A DNA stretch of 64,000 bases from Lepidodermella squamata (Eukaryota; Animalia; Gastrotricha): positions 186,001-250,000 of the forward strand of contig JBLDXI010000074.1 of the NCBI GenBank assembly GCA_047495785.1, in the 5' to 3' direction. Positions 36,364 through 49,356 of this stretch are shown piece after piece. The notes below the pieces were generated by a model that saw nothing but the letters and a program-made list of their open reading frames with translations, had not been told where the DNA came from and made no database searches. Positions within the stretch are counted from its first letter, which is position 1, and each line of letters starts with the position of its first letter. The position numbers and the translations under genes were made by a program.

Positions 36364-37407
36364 ATGATTGATGGTGCTGAAGCTGATTCTGACAGTTCTT
36401 GTAGGCAACTTGCGCTTGTAATTGCTTCTCACAACACCGATTGTAATGATCGTCGTTCGCCACTGCCATCTCCGTTGCCGTTGCCTATATTAGAAAGTAG
36501 CAGACCTCCATCCTCAAGCCCTAACTTGTGCGCATCTGCTGTTCAGAATGACTCAGGATACAATGGCAAGTCACTTCTCCAATTTGATCTACAAGAATGG
36601 GAAGCTCGTATCCATGTGGAGCTAAAAACCTTACTTCAGAAGTATTCTCCAGAAGAAGTTGCATCTCTGACGGATGTTTGCCTCGGTTTGGACAACATTC
36701 CGTGTGAAATTTGGGACGAACTACCTGCATATTTTTTTGACGAATTTAGCGTGAAAGGGATTTTTCATAAGGGAAAAATTTATATTTCCGGCAATGAAGG
36801 AAGTTGCCATGAGCGCATGGGCAGTTATTTCATTGCCGAATTTGTCTTCTTTGCGCGTGCCTGTCCTAAAATTGGCAATTATCGTCCGATAGTTACCAAT
36901 GGTGTCGCTGAGATTCGCTCCGGTGATGGCAGACCTCGCCAACCTGATGCTCAACTTGGTCGGAATATTATCAGCTCAGATGAAGCGTCTTTTTTGCCAA
37001 CTGTGGTTGTAGAAGTCCTGGTCTCTCACAATGTTCCATATCAAGAACTGGCTAATCGTTACATTACACCTTCAACTTCTGTCATGGTTTTGCTGGTTGT
37101 GAAGATCTTCCTGCCTTCCGGAAAGAGCACAAAGGCGAACCCTATGCCCGGCGAACCCACCCAGATGCTGTTTCTGCGATACGACCGTGTTAATGCCGAC
37201 CCCGTGATGATAACAGCAATTGATTTTGGCAATGAAGAATTGTGTGAAGAGCGGAAAGCGAATCTCCCAGTCAAGCGAGTAAGCAGCGAAAGTAATATCA
37301 TTACCATTGCCGCCGAATTGGTCTATTCTGGGCTCCAAGTGCCTGCCGGAGCGAAACCACTGCAATTCAACCTGGACGAAATGCGGGATGAATATTTCGG
37401 TGTATGA
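36364..37407 (+). CDS. Intronless protein with Uma2-like PD-(D/E)xK restriction-endonuclease-fold domain (347 aa)
   Basis: Motif series CHER..., RQPDAQL, PTVVVEVLVSH, V..LLVVKI, after a Pro/Ser-rich N-terminus. Confidence 0.7.
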   Translation: MIDGAEADSDSSCRQLALVIASHNTDCNDRRSPLPSPLPLPILESSRPPSSSPNLCASAVQNDSGYNGKSLLQFDLQEWEARIHVELKTLLQKYSPEEVASLTDVCLGLDNIPCEIWDELPAYFFDEFSVKGIFHKGKIYISGNEGSCHERMGSYFIAEFVFFARACPKIGNYRPIVTNGVAEIRSGDGRPRQPDAQLGRNIISSDEASFLPTVVVEVLVSHNVPYQELANRYITPSTSVMVLLVVKIFLPSGKSTKANPMPGEPTQMLFLRYDRVNADPVMITAIDFGNEELCEERKANLPVKRVSSESNIITIAAELVYSGLQVPAGAKPLQFNLDEMRDEYFGV

Positions 37408-37715
37408 AACTTTGTGGCTATCTAACGTGACATGGAATTCTCGCTGATGTGAACACTGTATATAGCTCCATTTCAGACTGCCTTAGTCGTTAATAACTGT
37501 CTATTTGTTGCTCATTCGTAAATTTACTGTTCTTTCAATTCTATTTACTGTTTAATACAAGTTATACTGCGCCTGGTGGTTAATGAATACTTTCTGTCGC
37601 CCGAAATGTTTGGTTAGCCATGTAATAAATCATTAAATATATTATATAATATGGTGTAAATGTTTCTTATCATTTTCCAAAGTTCTTACGAAAGTCTCTT
37701 GTCATTTACGAAGCG

Positions 37716-38354
37716 GGCTGAAAGAACTAATCGAAAAATTAAAAGGCATTCCTTGCGACTATCAAACGTTGCTTTTCCAAGGTCGCTGCCTTGAAAATTC
37801 ATCTTCAATCGGTTTTATCCCGGAAATGTCGAAAATTGAATTGAAAATCTCTGGAAAACCGTTAGTGAAAATATCACCGTACGAGGCGCGGCTTGTCGCT
37901 AAATCGTATCTTACGACTTCTACAACAGCCGCTGAGGTGAAAGAAATTATGAAGCAATGCGATGAAAGCTGCGGGCGTTACTTTTGCTTCTTCCATGGAA
38001 CGATAATTCATGACCCTGAGGCTGTTCTAGGTGGCGATTTGATGAGAAAATTTAGGTTCAACGACGAAATCAGGCTGAGAATCAGTCCTCCTCCGGTTTT
38101 CCCGCTGGATGAGGGTGATATTCAAATTTTTATGAGTATGCTCACCAGGAAAACAAGGACTTTTCGCATTTATCCAACCGAGACAGTTGAATCACTGAAG
38201 CAAAAGGTACCTAGAATTTTTGGAGGGTATTCCGGTTGAGGCTCAACGCTTGGCGTTTGGTGGGAAGGAATTGGAAAACTGGAAGTCTATGGCGGATTAC
38301 AAAATCAAAAGAGAGAGCACGATACACCTCATGCTAAGATTGAGGGGTTGCTGA
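37716..38354 (+). pseudogene. 3' half of a multi-UBL gene (closest to copy 2), 4-bp insertion near 38207; ends LRLRGC
   Basis: [21 protein letters not shown]; after the shift LEFLEGIPVEAQRLAFGGKELE..IHLMLRLRGC-TGA. Confidence 0.85.
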
Positions 38355-38470
38355 TCAGCTGATAACCTGGACTCTTTGGAATGCCGATTCCCATCTAATT
38401 TCGACTTTACACAGCTTTGATTAATTAAAAACCATTTTCTAATTTTCTATATAGGCTTCGAGTTTTTTTA

Positions 38471-40138
38471 ATGAAAATAATCGTCGATTTCGGATATTTC
38501 CCGCCTCAGGGTTGCCTCGAAGCCCTTGAGGTCAATTCTTTGAACGGCTCAAACCAAATCATCACACTTCAGTCTGTGATCGAAAACGAACGTGGAATTC
38601 TGTTACAATTACAGCGCCTTCGTTTTGAGGGCAAAACTGTGAAACCTGATCAAACCATCGAAACGTTTTATTCTGGCAATGTTATTCATTTTCATTGCGA
38701 ACCTCTCATTTTCTTTGAAGCCGTTGCTGGTGGGAGTTTTGATTTATCAGATCACGAATTTACGGTATCAAATACGGTCCGAGATGTGAAAAAATTGATC
38801 GAAGAGAAGCTACCGAAACCTGTGCAAGGAATTCGTGTTTTTCGAGGTCATAATTTCGCCGAAAAAATGGATGAAAATCAATCGATTGGAAAATACTCTT
38901 GCAATGAGCTAGAAATTTCCGCTCAAATTTTGGTCAGCTGCGATTATTTCACAATTTATGCCGAAATGCCGTCCGGTAAATTGATCCCGCTGACAGTTCA
39001 CCCGACCGATCGTGTTGGATACGTGAAAAGTCGGATTAAAAGTTACAACGGATTCTCGAATCAGAACGTTCGTTTCGAGTTGAAATACTCATCCATCGTT
39101 TTGAATGGCAATGCATTTATTGCGTCATTGAACTTGAAGCCATTCACGATTGTGAAAGTTGTGTTTGATAATCCGGCTACGTATGAATTTCCCGTAAAAT
39201 TGCCAGGTATGCGGAAAAATTTCGTAATTCGTTCTATCGAATTATCCAACACGATAGCTGAAATAAAGCAAAAAATCGGTGTTGCTACTTCTATGCCATC
39301 GAGCTCCTACCGTTTAATTCGAAAATCACCCGAGGAAAAATGGTTGTTGGATGAAGACTTGACGCTTTTTGAATGCGGAATCTATAATCCAGTTTCGCAA
39401 CTGGAAATTCGAGATAACAACGCTTTTTTGATCGAAAGTCAGGAAATTGGCGATTTTTACATCGAGCCAGCGGATTTGTCACTAACTGTCGTTGAACTGA
39501 AGAAGAAAATTCAAAAATTGAAAGGGATACCCACAAATTGCCAGAGTTTGACGTTCAACGGCGAATCAATCGACAATTTTCCGCTTCAATTAGCTTCATT
39601 CGGTTTGATAACCCGAATGTCGAAAATTCAGCTGAAAATCGTCGGAAAAGTGACTGTGAAAATTGCGCGTGGGCTGTGCCGATTTGTTGCTAAGGTTTGT
39701 CTATTGAATTCTTCAACTGACGACGAAGTAAAGAAAGCCTTCGAGCCTTTTGTTGACAACATCGGAGACTGCACTTGTTTCTTGCATGGGTCCGTTTTTC
39801 GCAATCTTGCGCCTTTCAAAGATGACACCGATTTTCCGATTAATTTCAATGACGTGATCTTGTTACGCTGTGTCGAAAGAACACATTTGGCTGTTGATAA
39901 AGGCGATTTTCGGATTTTGATCAAATTTCTAACCGGCTCATCTCGTTGTTTTTATGTTTTTTCGAGTGATACAATTGATGAGGTGAAAAATAAGTTGACC
40001 TACTTGGAGGGAATCCCCAATGACATGCAGCGATTGATATTTAATGGAAAACAATTGGAAGATGGTCGAACGATTTCGGATTATGCAATCAAAAAAGGAG
40101 ACACGTTGCATTTGGTTATCAGATTACGCGGTTGCTGA
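38471..40138 (+). CDS. Multi-UBL copy 6 (555 aa, ends IRLRGC)
   Basis: [36 protein letters not shown]. Confidence 0.93.
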   Translation: MKIIVDFGYFPPQGCLEALEVNSLNGSNQIITLQSVIENERGILLQLQRLRFEGKTVKPDQTIETFYSGNVIHFHCEPLIFFEAVAGGSFDLSDHEFTVSNTVRDVKKLIEEKLPKPVQGIRVFRGHNFAEKMDENQSIGKYSCNELEISAQILVSCDYFTIYAEMPSGKLIPLTVHPTDRVGYVKSRIKSYNGFSNQNVRFELKYSSIVLNGNAFIASLNLKPFTIVKVVFDNPATYEFPVKLPGMRKNFVIRSIELSNTIAEIKQKIGVATSMPSSSYRLIRKSPEEKWLLDEDLTLFECGIYNPVSQLEIRDNNAFLIESQEIGDFYIEPADLSLTVVELKKKIQKLKGIPTNCQSLTFNGESIDNFPLQLASFGLITRMSKIQLKIVGKVTVKIARGLCRFVAKVCLLNSSTDDEVKKAFEPFVDNIGDCTCFLHGSVFRNLAPFKDDTDFPINFNDVILLRCVERTHLAVDKGDFRILIKFLTGSSRCFYVFSSDTIDEVKNKLTYLEGIPNDMQRLIFNGKQLEDGRTISDYAIKKGDTLHLVIRLRGC

Positions 40139-40638
40139 ACAACGAGACGTCCTTATTTTGCAGTTATTTCAAGTTTGCGTAAAACTCGTAATTTTTTGGA
40201 GAAACTTGATGAGCCATAGAACGAAGAGTAAAAACATGCGAAAATTTGAAGGATTTGATTTCTAACTATGCATGAGAAAGAAATTTGTTTTGATTGACAT
40301 TGTTCTAACCGATTTACCAGAGAAAAAATCAAATGCGATCCCCTTAGCAAAAATTAGCTACTTTCTGATTTGGGAATTTCAAACTCGAGAATGCCTCCTC
40401 TCTATCGTTAAATCTTCTTCTTCCACGATTTGCGGTGATTTTACACAAATTATTCCTCAAATATAATGCTTTCAAGAAGGGTCCCCGCTTGCATTTGATT
40501 TCTCTCTGGTAAATTCATTTTCCAAATTTGATTGAAATTCAATAAATCAATTCAGCAGTTACACACTCTTGGTTTTTTTAGAGTTCATTCATTCACTTGC
40601 TTGAATTTGCTTTACGCTGACTGATTCAATTGTTGAAA

Positions 40639-42075
40639 ATGAATAACGCTCCAACTTCGGAAAAAGAAGCTATTATTCTTCGCTGCAAGATCCCAAGACC
40701 GGAATTTAAAATCCCAGAATTTTCCCTGCCATATTCAACCCCCACCGTTGAATTGAAATCGAAAATTCAGCATCTAATGAAACTTGAAACTTCACTCCAT
40801 CTTCGTCTATTTGTTGAACTTGGTCTAGAATTGGTCGACAATCGATCAATCGGTTTCTACGCTTGCCAGCAAGGAAAACTCGTTTTATCGGCGATAATTT
40901 TTGCTAACGATTATTTCAAAATCTCAGTCCTTATGCCGTCTGGAAAACAATTGGTACAATTTGCCGTTCATCCGACAGATTATGTTCGGGATCTGAAGAA
41001 ATCAATTCTTGGATCCGTTGGCATTCGCTCGTTGGAAGAGGTCAAACTGGTCCTAAAAAATGGATCGGTTATCATGAATGATCTGGACATCTTATCGAGT
41101 TATCAAACTAAAGCCTCGAGCGTTATTTCTTGCGACATTGAAGAGCCTAAACATTTCGAAGTAACTTTTCAGCATCCTTATTTTCGGAAAAGATTCACAA
41201 TTCGCGACGTCCTCATTACGGACAAAATCGGGGATATCAAGCGGAAAATTATGACTGCAACTTCTCTCTCATCTGACTCTTATCGATTGCACTCGGAAAA
41301 AGGGTGGTTGAAAGATGATTGCCGAACTTTATTTGAATGTGGAATTTACGATCCTTCACAGCAAATGAAAATAGCTGGTAACAACGCTTTCATCATTTCC
41401 AGCGAGGATTTCGGCGAATTTTTCATTGAACCTGCGGATTTTTCCCTCGACGTTGCCGGGTTGAAGTTGAAAATTGAAATGTTGAAGGGCGTTCTATGCA
41501 AAGACCAACTTCTCTCCTTCAATGGTAAATCGATAGATGATTTTGACAAAGAATTGATTGAAATTGTCGAATTGTGTCGCCTATCGAAGATTGAGATGAA
41601 AATCACTAAAAGTCCGACTCGCAACGTGGAAATTTCTGTCGCGTCATGTCGGATGTTTGCGAAAATTCGAGTGGACAATGACGCTACGGAGCTGGATATT
41701 AAAAATTCGATTTATCCAATTTTTCCACTCGTTCTCAGTTTCAGTTGCTACAAAAGTGAGGCGAAGACACGGATTTATTCAGTTGCCGAGTCGGAGCTTA
41801 CGACCAACGACGAAATCCTGCTCGCGGCGCTTTTTGAAGGCGACTATCAAATGTTTATTAAAGGCTTAACTGGAAGAACGTTTACGTATTGGGTGAATCA
41901 TGGCGAATTGGTGGATACGCTGAAGCAGAAAATCGAATGGTTAGAGGGCATTCCGGCGAAAAAGCAAAGATTGATCTTTTCCGGCTTCCAGCTTGAAGTG
42001 GGTAAAACCTTGGAAAGCTACGGCATATGCAAAGAGTCGACAGTTCATCTGGTTCTGCGAATGGCTGGTTGTTGA
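40639..42075 (+). CDS. Multi-UBL copy 7 (six-domain form lacking domain 1, ends LRMAGC)
   Basis: Aligns to the family from domain 2 onward; first ATG 40639. Confidence 0.88.
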   Translation: MNNAPTSEKEAIILRCKIPRPEFKIPEFSLPYSTPTVELKSKIQHLMKLETSLHLRLFVELGLELVDNRSIGFYACQQGKLVLSAIIFANDYFKISVLMPSGKQLVQFAVHPTDYVRDLKKSILGSVGIRSLEEVKLVLKNGSVIMNDLDILSSYQTKASSVISCDIEEPKHFEVTFQHPYFRKRFTIRDVLITDKIGDIKRKIMTATSLSSDSYRLHSEKGWLKDDCRTLFECGIYDPSQQMKIAGNNAFIISSEDFGEFFIEPADFSLDVAGLKLKIEMLKGVLCKDQLLSFNGKSIDDFDKELIEIVELCRLSKIEMKITKSPTRNVEISVASCRMFAKIRVDNDATELDIKNSIYPIFPLVLSFSCYKSEAKTRIYSVAESELTTNDEILLAALFEGDYQMFIKGLTGRTFTYWVNHGELVDTLKQKIEWLEGIPAKKQRLIFSGFQLEVGKTLESYGICKESTVHLVLRMAGC

Positions 42076-45000
42076 ATACATGGAAATTGAAAATTCTGAA
42101 AATTATGTCTACTTTTTTGATAATTGCAATAAAAATTGGAATTAAATTTAAATAATCATGTTTGCAAGCTATTTCTTTCAGTTTCTTATTCGTTAGGAAT
42201 TTTTATAATTAAAGTTAGTATTTGGTACGTTTGTTTGGGTTCTGCCTCAACCCCTGCTAACTTATAGCCATATTAGCCAAATTTTCGAAATGTCACAGTG
42301 CACTCAGTTTTCAATTAAATTTTATGAAACTTGGGGAATAGTACATTGAAACACGGGGAATCATTTGATATCAAACTGCGTGACCGGGCCGCAAAAAACG
42401 AAAATAAAATGTTATGTGGCTACTGACCTTGACACCGTTGACTAGGCCTGTCTCAAAATCGTTGCCATCCGCTTTTGAAGGATTCTTTGAACTTCGAGTA
42501 TTCGCTATTGTTTGCTTACTGAATTTCGTTGCTATAACTCATCAGAAAAAATGTTGTCATCCTGAATTTTTACTCACAACAAATCGTAAGAAATCGGGCG
42601 CCCAAGGACTCATCATGACGACCTAAAGTAAAAATGTGGATTAGGTTTTACCAAGCCTGCTCCAAATAATCAAGCATTCATGTAATATATTATATTGTAA
42701 ATCGAGTACAAGGATGAAATAATTGTTTTTTAATGCGCATTTGCAATCAAAACGATTCAAGTCAAAGTCAAATCAAATCAAAGTCGAATTTATAACTCAA
42801 TTATTTAGATTTCAATGCTGAACTATATTTTTTTTTAAATATCCAGTTGCCCCTCTATTCAGGCCTCAAGATTATTTTTATGGAATAAAAATGTGTTCTA
42901 TTGAAGACAGAATTTCTGATTCGGAAGGCAGTAAGGAAAGATTATTCGCAGAAAAAAAACATGACATATAAGGTTGCGAGGTTGCTGAACAACGAGACGT
43001 GCTTATTTTGCAGTTTCAAGCTTCCGTGTAACTGTACCAAATTCTTTTGGAAAAACTTGATAAGCCATGAAAGAAAGAGTGAACATACGAACTTTGAAGG
43101 ATTTGATTTTTTTCGCATGAGAAAAAAATTAATTTGATTGGCATTGATCTAACCCGATTTACGAGAGAAAAAATCGAATGCGCTCCCCTTGCAACTGCTA
43201 GCGACTTGTTATAGGCTACATCCTGAGCCAATATCCATCTAAAAATTCAAACAGTAGCTTAATTTTCTACCATAGTCACCAATTTTCTCAGATTTGGCCA
43301 TATATTTATTACAGCCAACTGAGGCTGAAGTCAGTTCTCGCTTTAGTGTAAATACAGTTTGATTCAAAAAGTGTGCCGACCGCATCATAAACAGGCGCGT
43401 GTTCGAAGCAAGTATTGAAAAAATTGGTTCGGATTCATCCATATGTGCCGCATATCGCGACTTGCGCGCCAGAACAGTGTGCCGGAAATAGAAAAATTCG
43501 AAATAGAATTCGTAAAATTCTAAAAAGGCTTTTTAGAATAATAATAATAAAGCCCCTAAAAAGGCTTTTTAGAATTTTACGAGATCAATATAAAGCTATA
43601 CGTTGATGCGTCATAATTCAGAAACGATAAAAACGTATTGAGAGCAACCGATACATAGAAAAATAAAAAAGAGAGATGTGACACGCTAATCAGGGATCTA
43701 ATCCGCATTTCCGGCCGGCTTCGCTTTAATTTTCTGGAATTTTTTTAAATTAAAATCTTCCCAATTTCAGCAATTAATTTAATGGCACGGGCTTGATAGC
43801 TATTTTTTGTAGCATGAATCACAATTTTCGCACATGACGTCGTGATTCACTAGATGGTTTTTTGCAAACTGCTCGATAAGGAATAATAGTCTCTGTGCGA
43901 AAACGTGTCTCTTATCGATATTTTCTACCAAAAGCCATTCGCTAGCCGGAAATTCTGTTTTGATAAACGTGTGAGATGGTGTCTAATTTTTTCTAATTCA
44001 AGTTGGCACCAATTACTTTTGCGTTCAGTAAATTGAACTGATCACATAACAAGCAAGGCAAAATGTTTCGAATATTCCTTATCTCAATTTTCAAAAATAG
44101 ACAAATAAAACGGGGCGCGTTTGATAACTTGGGAAATGTTTTTTTGGAAATTAAACTTATTTGTTTTTTAAATTAAACCTATTGGGGGAATCTTTATCAG
44201 CCAATTTACCGGAGAAATTAAAAATTTATCGGAGAAAAACCCTAAAATCCCGATGGCAATTGATAAGCCAAGAATGTGGAAAACTTTCCTGAAAGTTTCG
44301 TTAGGATCAGATCCGAGCAAATATATGGTTGGTAAAAACGCTTGGTGATTTCCTAGCATGTTTCAATTCTTTCTGCGATAGAGATTTTATTGCGACACGG
44401 CGGATTCACCGCATGTAGCCTGATCAACTAGTCTCGCAATATTTTTATCCACACTCCTAATCCTGAATTTTACGAGTGAATTTCACCTTTTTGCGGGCGA
44501 ATCGCCAAGTTTTATTTTTTTCTGGGGTAGAGTTGGAATTGGGCTTTGCATGGCACAGCACGAATGTAACTATCTACGCCAAGCACTTGGCTTGCCAAAT
44601 TTCCAACAGCACCCGCGTTTCAGGTGGTTAAAATCAAACATGCCTCAGTTCAGCTTTGCTTGTCGAACAACGAATGGAACCGATGTACCGATGGCTATCA
44701 GAGATTTTATCGAGCGCGAGTATGATAATTTCTTCCCGATACGCAAATCCGAGTTCAGCATTGACATCTAAATTGGGTTAAGAATTCGACTAAAAGTTGT
44801 GATTGCTATTGTGCATTAAAACACCAATCATTTCATCCTTGTCCTCGATTCCTAATTCCTATTGCAACACCTGATTTACAATATAATGTATTACATGAAT
44901 GCTTGATTATTTTGAGCAGGCTTGGTAAAACCTAGTCAAAATTTTTACTTTTGGTCGTCATGATGAGTCATGATGCGCCCGATTTCTAACTATTTGTTAT

Positions 45001-45549
45001 GAGTAAAAACTCAAGATGACAACATTCTTTTTCTGATGAGTTGTTACTACGAAATTCAACGAACACACTTTACCGAATTCTCGAAGCTCGAAAATTCTTC
45101 AAAAGCGGATGGCATCGATTGAGGCATGCCTAGTCAACGGGGTCTGGGTCAGTAGCCACGCAAGATTTTTGTTTTCGTTTTTGCGGCCCGGTCGCGCAGC
45201 CGATACGGACGAGTTTGATATCATAAGATTCCCCGTGTTTCAATGTATAATTTCCCCAAGTTTCATCAAATTTAATTGAAAACTGAGTGGAGTGTGGCAT
45301 TTCGGAAATTTGAAAATGTGGCTATGATATGGTTAGATTAGCTAAGGTTGACAAGGCCTGGATTGAGACAGAACCCAAAAAACTTACCAAATATGAGTAT
45401 ATATACTCAATCGAAGTAGTAAGTTGAGTATAAAAATTCCTAACGAATATGAAACTAAAAAATAGCTTGGAAACCTGTTTACTTAAATTTAATTCCAATT
45501 TATTTTGCAATCATCAAAAAATTAGACAAAGTTGAAAGTCTCCATATAT

Positions 45550-46953
45550 TCAACAACCAACCAATCGCAGAACAAGTGAAACTGTCGACTCTTTGCATAT
45601 CCCGTAGCTTTCCAAGGTTTTACCCGCTTCAAGCTGGAAGCCGGAAAAGATCAATCTTTGCTTCTTCGCCGGAATGCCCTCTAACCATTCGATTTTCTGC
45701 TTCAGCGTATCAACCAATTCGCCATGATTCACCCAATAAGTTAGAATTTTCCCACTTACACCTCGAACAAAAACTTGATAGTCACCTTTATAAAGCGCCG
45801 CGAGCAAGATTTCGCCGTGATTCGCAATTTTCGACTCGGGGTCAGATTGAATTAACCTCTTCGTCACACTTCCGTAGCAGCTGAACTCGTAAGCGAGTGG
45901 AAAAACTTCATATATTGCATTTTTCAGATCCTGCTCCGAAGCTTTATTGCCGACTCGAATTTTTGCTAACATCCGAAATATAACAGAAATTTGCACGCCT
46001 CGACTCGGATTTTTAGTGAGTTTCAACTGAATTTTCGATAAGCGACATAATTTGAAAATTTCAATCAATTCTTTGTCGAAATAAGTCAACGGTTTACCAT
46101 TGAAAAACAGAAGCTGATCTTCACATAGCACGCCCTTCAGCTCTTCAATCTTCAACTTTAAACCGGCTACGCCGAGGGAAAAATCCGCAGGTTCAATGAA
46201 AAATTCGCCGAAATCCTCGCTTGCAATGACGAAAGCATTGTTATCGGCTATTCGCATTTGCTTTGAAGGATCGTAAATTCCACATTCAAATAAAGTTCGG
46301 CAATCATCTTTCAACCACCCTTTCTCCGAGTACAATCGATAAGTGTCAGTTGAGAGAGAAGTTGCACTCATAATTTTCCGCTTAATATCCCCGATTTTGT
46401 CCGTAATGAAGACATCGCGAATTGTGAATCTTTTCCGAAAATAAGGATGCTGAAAAGTTATTTTGAACAACTTGGGCTCTTTAATGTCGCAAGAAAGAAC
46501 GCTCGAGGCTTTAGTTTGATAACTCGATAAGGTGTCAAAATCATTCATGATAACTGATCCATTTCTCAGGACGAGTTTGACGTCTTCCAACGAGCGAATG
46601 CCAACGGATCCAAGAATTGATTTCTTCAGATCCCGAACATAATCTGTCGGATGAACAGCGAATTGGCCCAGTTGGCCAGACGGCATAAGGACCGAGATTT
46701 TGAAAAAATCTTTAGCCAGAATTGTCGCCATCAAAGTGAGTTTTCCTTCCTCGCAAGCGTAAAAACCGATTGTTCGATTGTCATCTAATTCTTCACCGAA
46801 CAGCACAAACGGACGAAGATCAAGTGAAGTTTCAAGCTTTTCTTGAATTATCGACTTTAAATTAGCGAAGGTAATAGTTGAATATGGTAGGGAACATTCG
46901 AAGGTTACATCCGGTCTTGGGATATTGCATCGAAGAACTATAGGGATATTCAT
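45550..46953 (-). CDS. Multi-UBL copy 8a (467 aa, ends LRLVGC), inverted duplicate
   Basis: Protein identical to 47953-49356. Confidence 0.85.
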   Translation of the reverse strand: MNIPIVLRCNIPRPDVTFECSLPYSTITFANLKSIIQEKLETSLDLRPFVLFGEELDDNRTIGFYACEEGKLTLMATILAKDFFKISVLMPSGQLGQFAVHPTDYVRDLKKSILGSVGIRSLEDVKLVLRNGSVIMNDFDTLSSYQTKASSVLSCDIKEPKLFKITFQHPYFRKRFTIRDVFITDKIGDIKRKIMSATSLSTDTYRLYSEKGWLKDDCRTLFECGIYDPSKQMRIADNNAFVIASEDFGEFFIEPADFSLGVAGLKLKIEELKGVLCEDQLLFFNGKPLTYFDKELIEIFKLCRLSKIQLKLTKNPSRGVQISVIFRMLAKIRVGNKASEQDLKNAIYEVFPLAYEFSCYGSVTKRLIQSDPESKIANHGEILLAALYKGDYQVFVRGVSGKILTYWVNHGELVDTLKQKIEWLEGIPAKKQRLIFSGFQLEAGKTLESYGICKESTVSLVLRLVGC

Positions 46954-47019
46954 TTGAATAAACTCTAAAAACCAAGAGAATGTAACTGATTAATTGATTT
47001 ATTGATTTATTGAATTTTT

Positions 47020-47527
47020 CCAAGGGAATTATCAAACATGCTGGGAGTAAATCTATCGAAACTGCCGCGGTAAAAACTACTAAATACATCCAAGCAATTC
47101 GCGCAGCTCCTAATGCCCCTCGAAATATCTGAAAAAGCCCAGATAATGAAGCCCAAGTCCACTTTACCTCTACATATCGCGACTTGCGCGCCAGAACAGT
47201 GTGCCGGAAATAGAAACAAATGGCGTAAAACTAACTTTTTGCATCTTCGCCAAGTCAGTCGCGTGCCTGATCGCTAGAAAAAAATTTGAACGCCAGTTTT
47301 TTCTGCGCATCAAATGCATTACGCCATGTGTTTCTATTTCCGGCACACTGTTCTGGCGCGCAAGTCGCGATATGTAGAGGTAAAGTGGACTTGGGCTTCA
47401 TTATCTGGGCTTTTTCAGATATTTCGAGGGGCATTAGGAGCTGCGCGAATTGCTTGGATGTATTTAGTAGTTTTTACCGCGGCAGTTTCGATAGATTTAC
47501 TCCCAGCATGTTTGATAATTCCCTTGG
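47020..47527. mobile_element. Foldback element/MITE with TIRs of about 199 bp at the inner breakpoint of the inverted duplication
   Basis: 47020-47218 is the reverse complement of 47329-47527. Confidence 0.88.
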
Positions 47528-47952
47528 CAGTCAGTTTTAAAGAGTTCGAAAATCTTTGAAGCTCCATCGAAAATTTCCGTCAAAGCCTAACCTTAATACA
47601 GCGTGTCCCAGAAGTAGCGCAACTATTTTTTTATTTGGAAAAGTTTTGTAGGAAATTCAACTAAGATCCTGCTCAAGGCTAGGGCTGCTTTCCAAATTTT
47701 TTGTAGATGTGCCGCAGATCTGATTTAGGAATTTCAAACGAGAGAGTGGCTCCTGTCTATCGTAAAATCCTACAATTTGCTTTGATTTTACTTGAATTAT
47801 TGCTCAATCAATTATTGCTGCTATCGAGTTGACTCCCCGGTTGCATTTATTTCCTCTCTGGTGAATCAATTTTCTCAATTCGAGTGAAAAATTCAATAAA
47901 TCAATAAATCAATTAATCAGTTACATTCTCTTGGTTTTTAGAGTTTATTCAA

Positions 47953-49356
47953 ATGAATATCCCTATAGTTCTTCGATGCAATATCCCAAGACCGGATGTA
48001 ACCTTCGAATGTTCCCTACCATATTCAACTATTACCTTCGCTAATTTAAAGTCGATAATTCAAGAAAAGCTTGAAACTTCACTTGATCTTCGTCCGTTTG
48101 TGCTGTTCGGTGAAGAATTAGATGACAATCGAACAATCGGTTTTTACGCTTGCGAGGAAGGAAAACTCACTTTGATGGCGACAATTCTGGCTAAAGATTT
48201 TTTCAAAATCTCGGTCCTTATGCCGTCTGGCCAACTGGGCCAATTCGCTGTTCATCCGACAGATTATGTTCGGGATCTGAAGAAATCAATTCTTGGATCC
48301 GTTGGCATTCGCTCGTTGGAAGACGTCAAACTCGTCCTGAGAAATGGATCAGTTATCATGAATGATTTTGACACCTTATCGAGTTATCAAACTAAAGCCT
48401 CGAGCGTTCTTTCTTGCGACATTAAAGAGCCCAAGTTGTTCAAAATAACTTTTCAGCATCCTTATTTTCGGAAAAGATTCACAATTCGCGATGTCTTCAT
48501 TACGGACAAAATCGGGGATATTAAGCGGAAAATTATGAGTGCAACTTCTCTCTCAACTGACACTTATCGATTGTACTCGGAGAAAGGGTGGTTGAAAGAT
48601 GATTGCCGAACTTTATTTGAATGTGGAATTTACGATCCTTCAAAGCAAATGCGAATAGCCGATAACAATGCTTTCGTCATTGCAAGCGAGGATTTCGGCG
48701 AATTTTTCATTGAACCTGCGGATTTTTCCCTCGGCGTAGCCGGTTTAAAGTTGAAGATTGAAGAGCTGAAGGGCGTGCTATGTGAAGATCAGCTTCTGTT
48801 TTTCAATGGTAAACCGTTGACTTATTTCGACAAAGAATTGATTGAAATTTTCAAATTATGTCGCTTATCGAAAATTCAGTTGAAACTCACTAAAAATCCG
48901 AGTCGAGGCGTGCAAATTTCTGTTATATTTCGGATGTTAGCAAAAATTCGAGTCGGCAATAAAGCTTCGGAGCAGGATCTGAAAAATGCAATATATGAAG
49001 TTTTTCCACTCGCTTACGAGTTCAGCTGCTACGGAAGTGTGACGAAGAGGTTAATTCAATCTGACCCCGAGTCGAAAATTGCGAATCACGGCGAAATCTT
49101 GCTCGCGGCGCTTTATAAAGGTGACTATCAAGTTTTTGTTCGAGGTGTAAGTGGGAAAATTCTAACTTATTGGGTGAATCATGGCGAATTGGTTGATACG
49201 CTGAAGCAGAAAATCGAATGGTTAGAGGGCATTCCGGCGAAGAAGCAAAGATTGATCTTTTCCGGCTTCCAGCTTGAAGCGGGTAAAACCTTGGAAAGCT
49301 ACGGGATATGCAAAGAGTCGACAGTTTCACTTGTTCTGCGATTGGTTGGTTGTTGA
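47953..49356 (+). CDS. Multi-UBL copy 8b (467 aa, six-domain form, ends LRLVGC)
   Basis: Close paralog of copy 7, with shared upstream and downstream flanks. Confidence 0.9.
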   Translation: MNIPIVLRCNIPRPDVTFECSLPYSTITFANLKSIIQEKLETSLDLRPFVLFGEELDDNRTIGFYACEEGKLTLMATILAKDFFKISVLMPSGQLGQFAVHPTDYVRDLKKSILGSVGIRSLEDVKLVLRNGSVIMNDFDTLSSYQTKASSVLSCDIKEPKLFKITFQHPYFRKRFTIRDVFITDKIGDIKRKIMSATSLSTDTYRLYSEKGWLKDDCRTLFECGIYDPSKQMRIADNNAFVIASEDFGEFFIEPADFSLGVAGLKLKIEELKGVLCEDQLLFFNGKPLTYFDKELIEIFKLCRLSKIQLKLTKNPSRGVQISVIFRMLAKIRVGNKASEQDLKNAIYEVFPLAYEFSCYGSVTKRLIQSDPESKIANHGEILLAALYKGDYQVFVRGVSGKILTYWVNHGELVDTLKQKIEWLEGIPAKKQRLIFSGFQLEAGKTLESYGICKESTVSLVLRLVGC

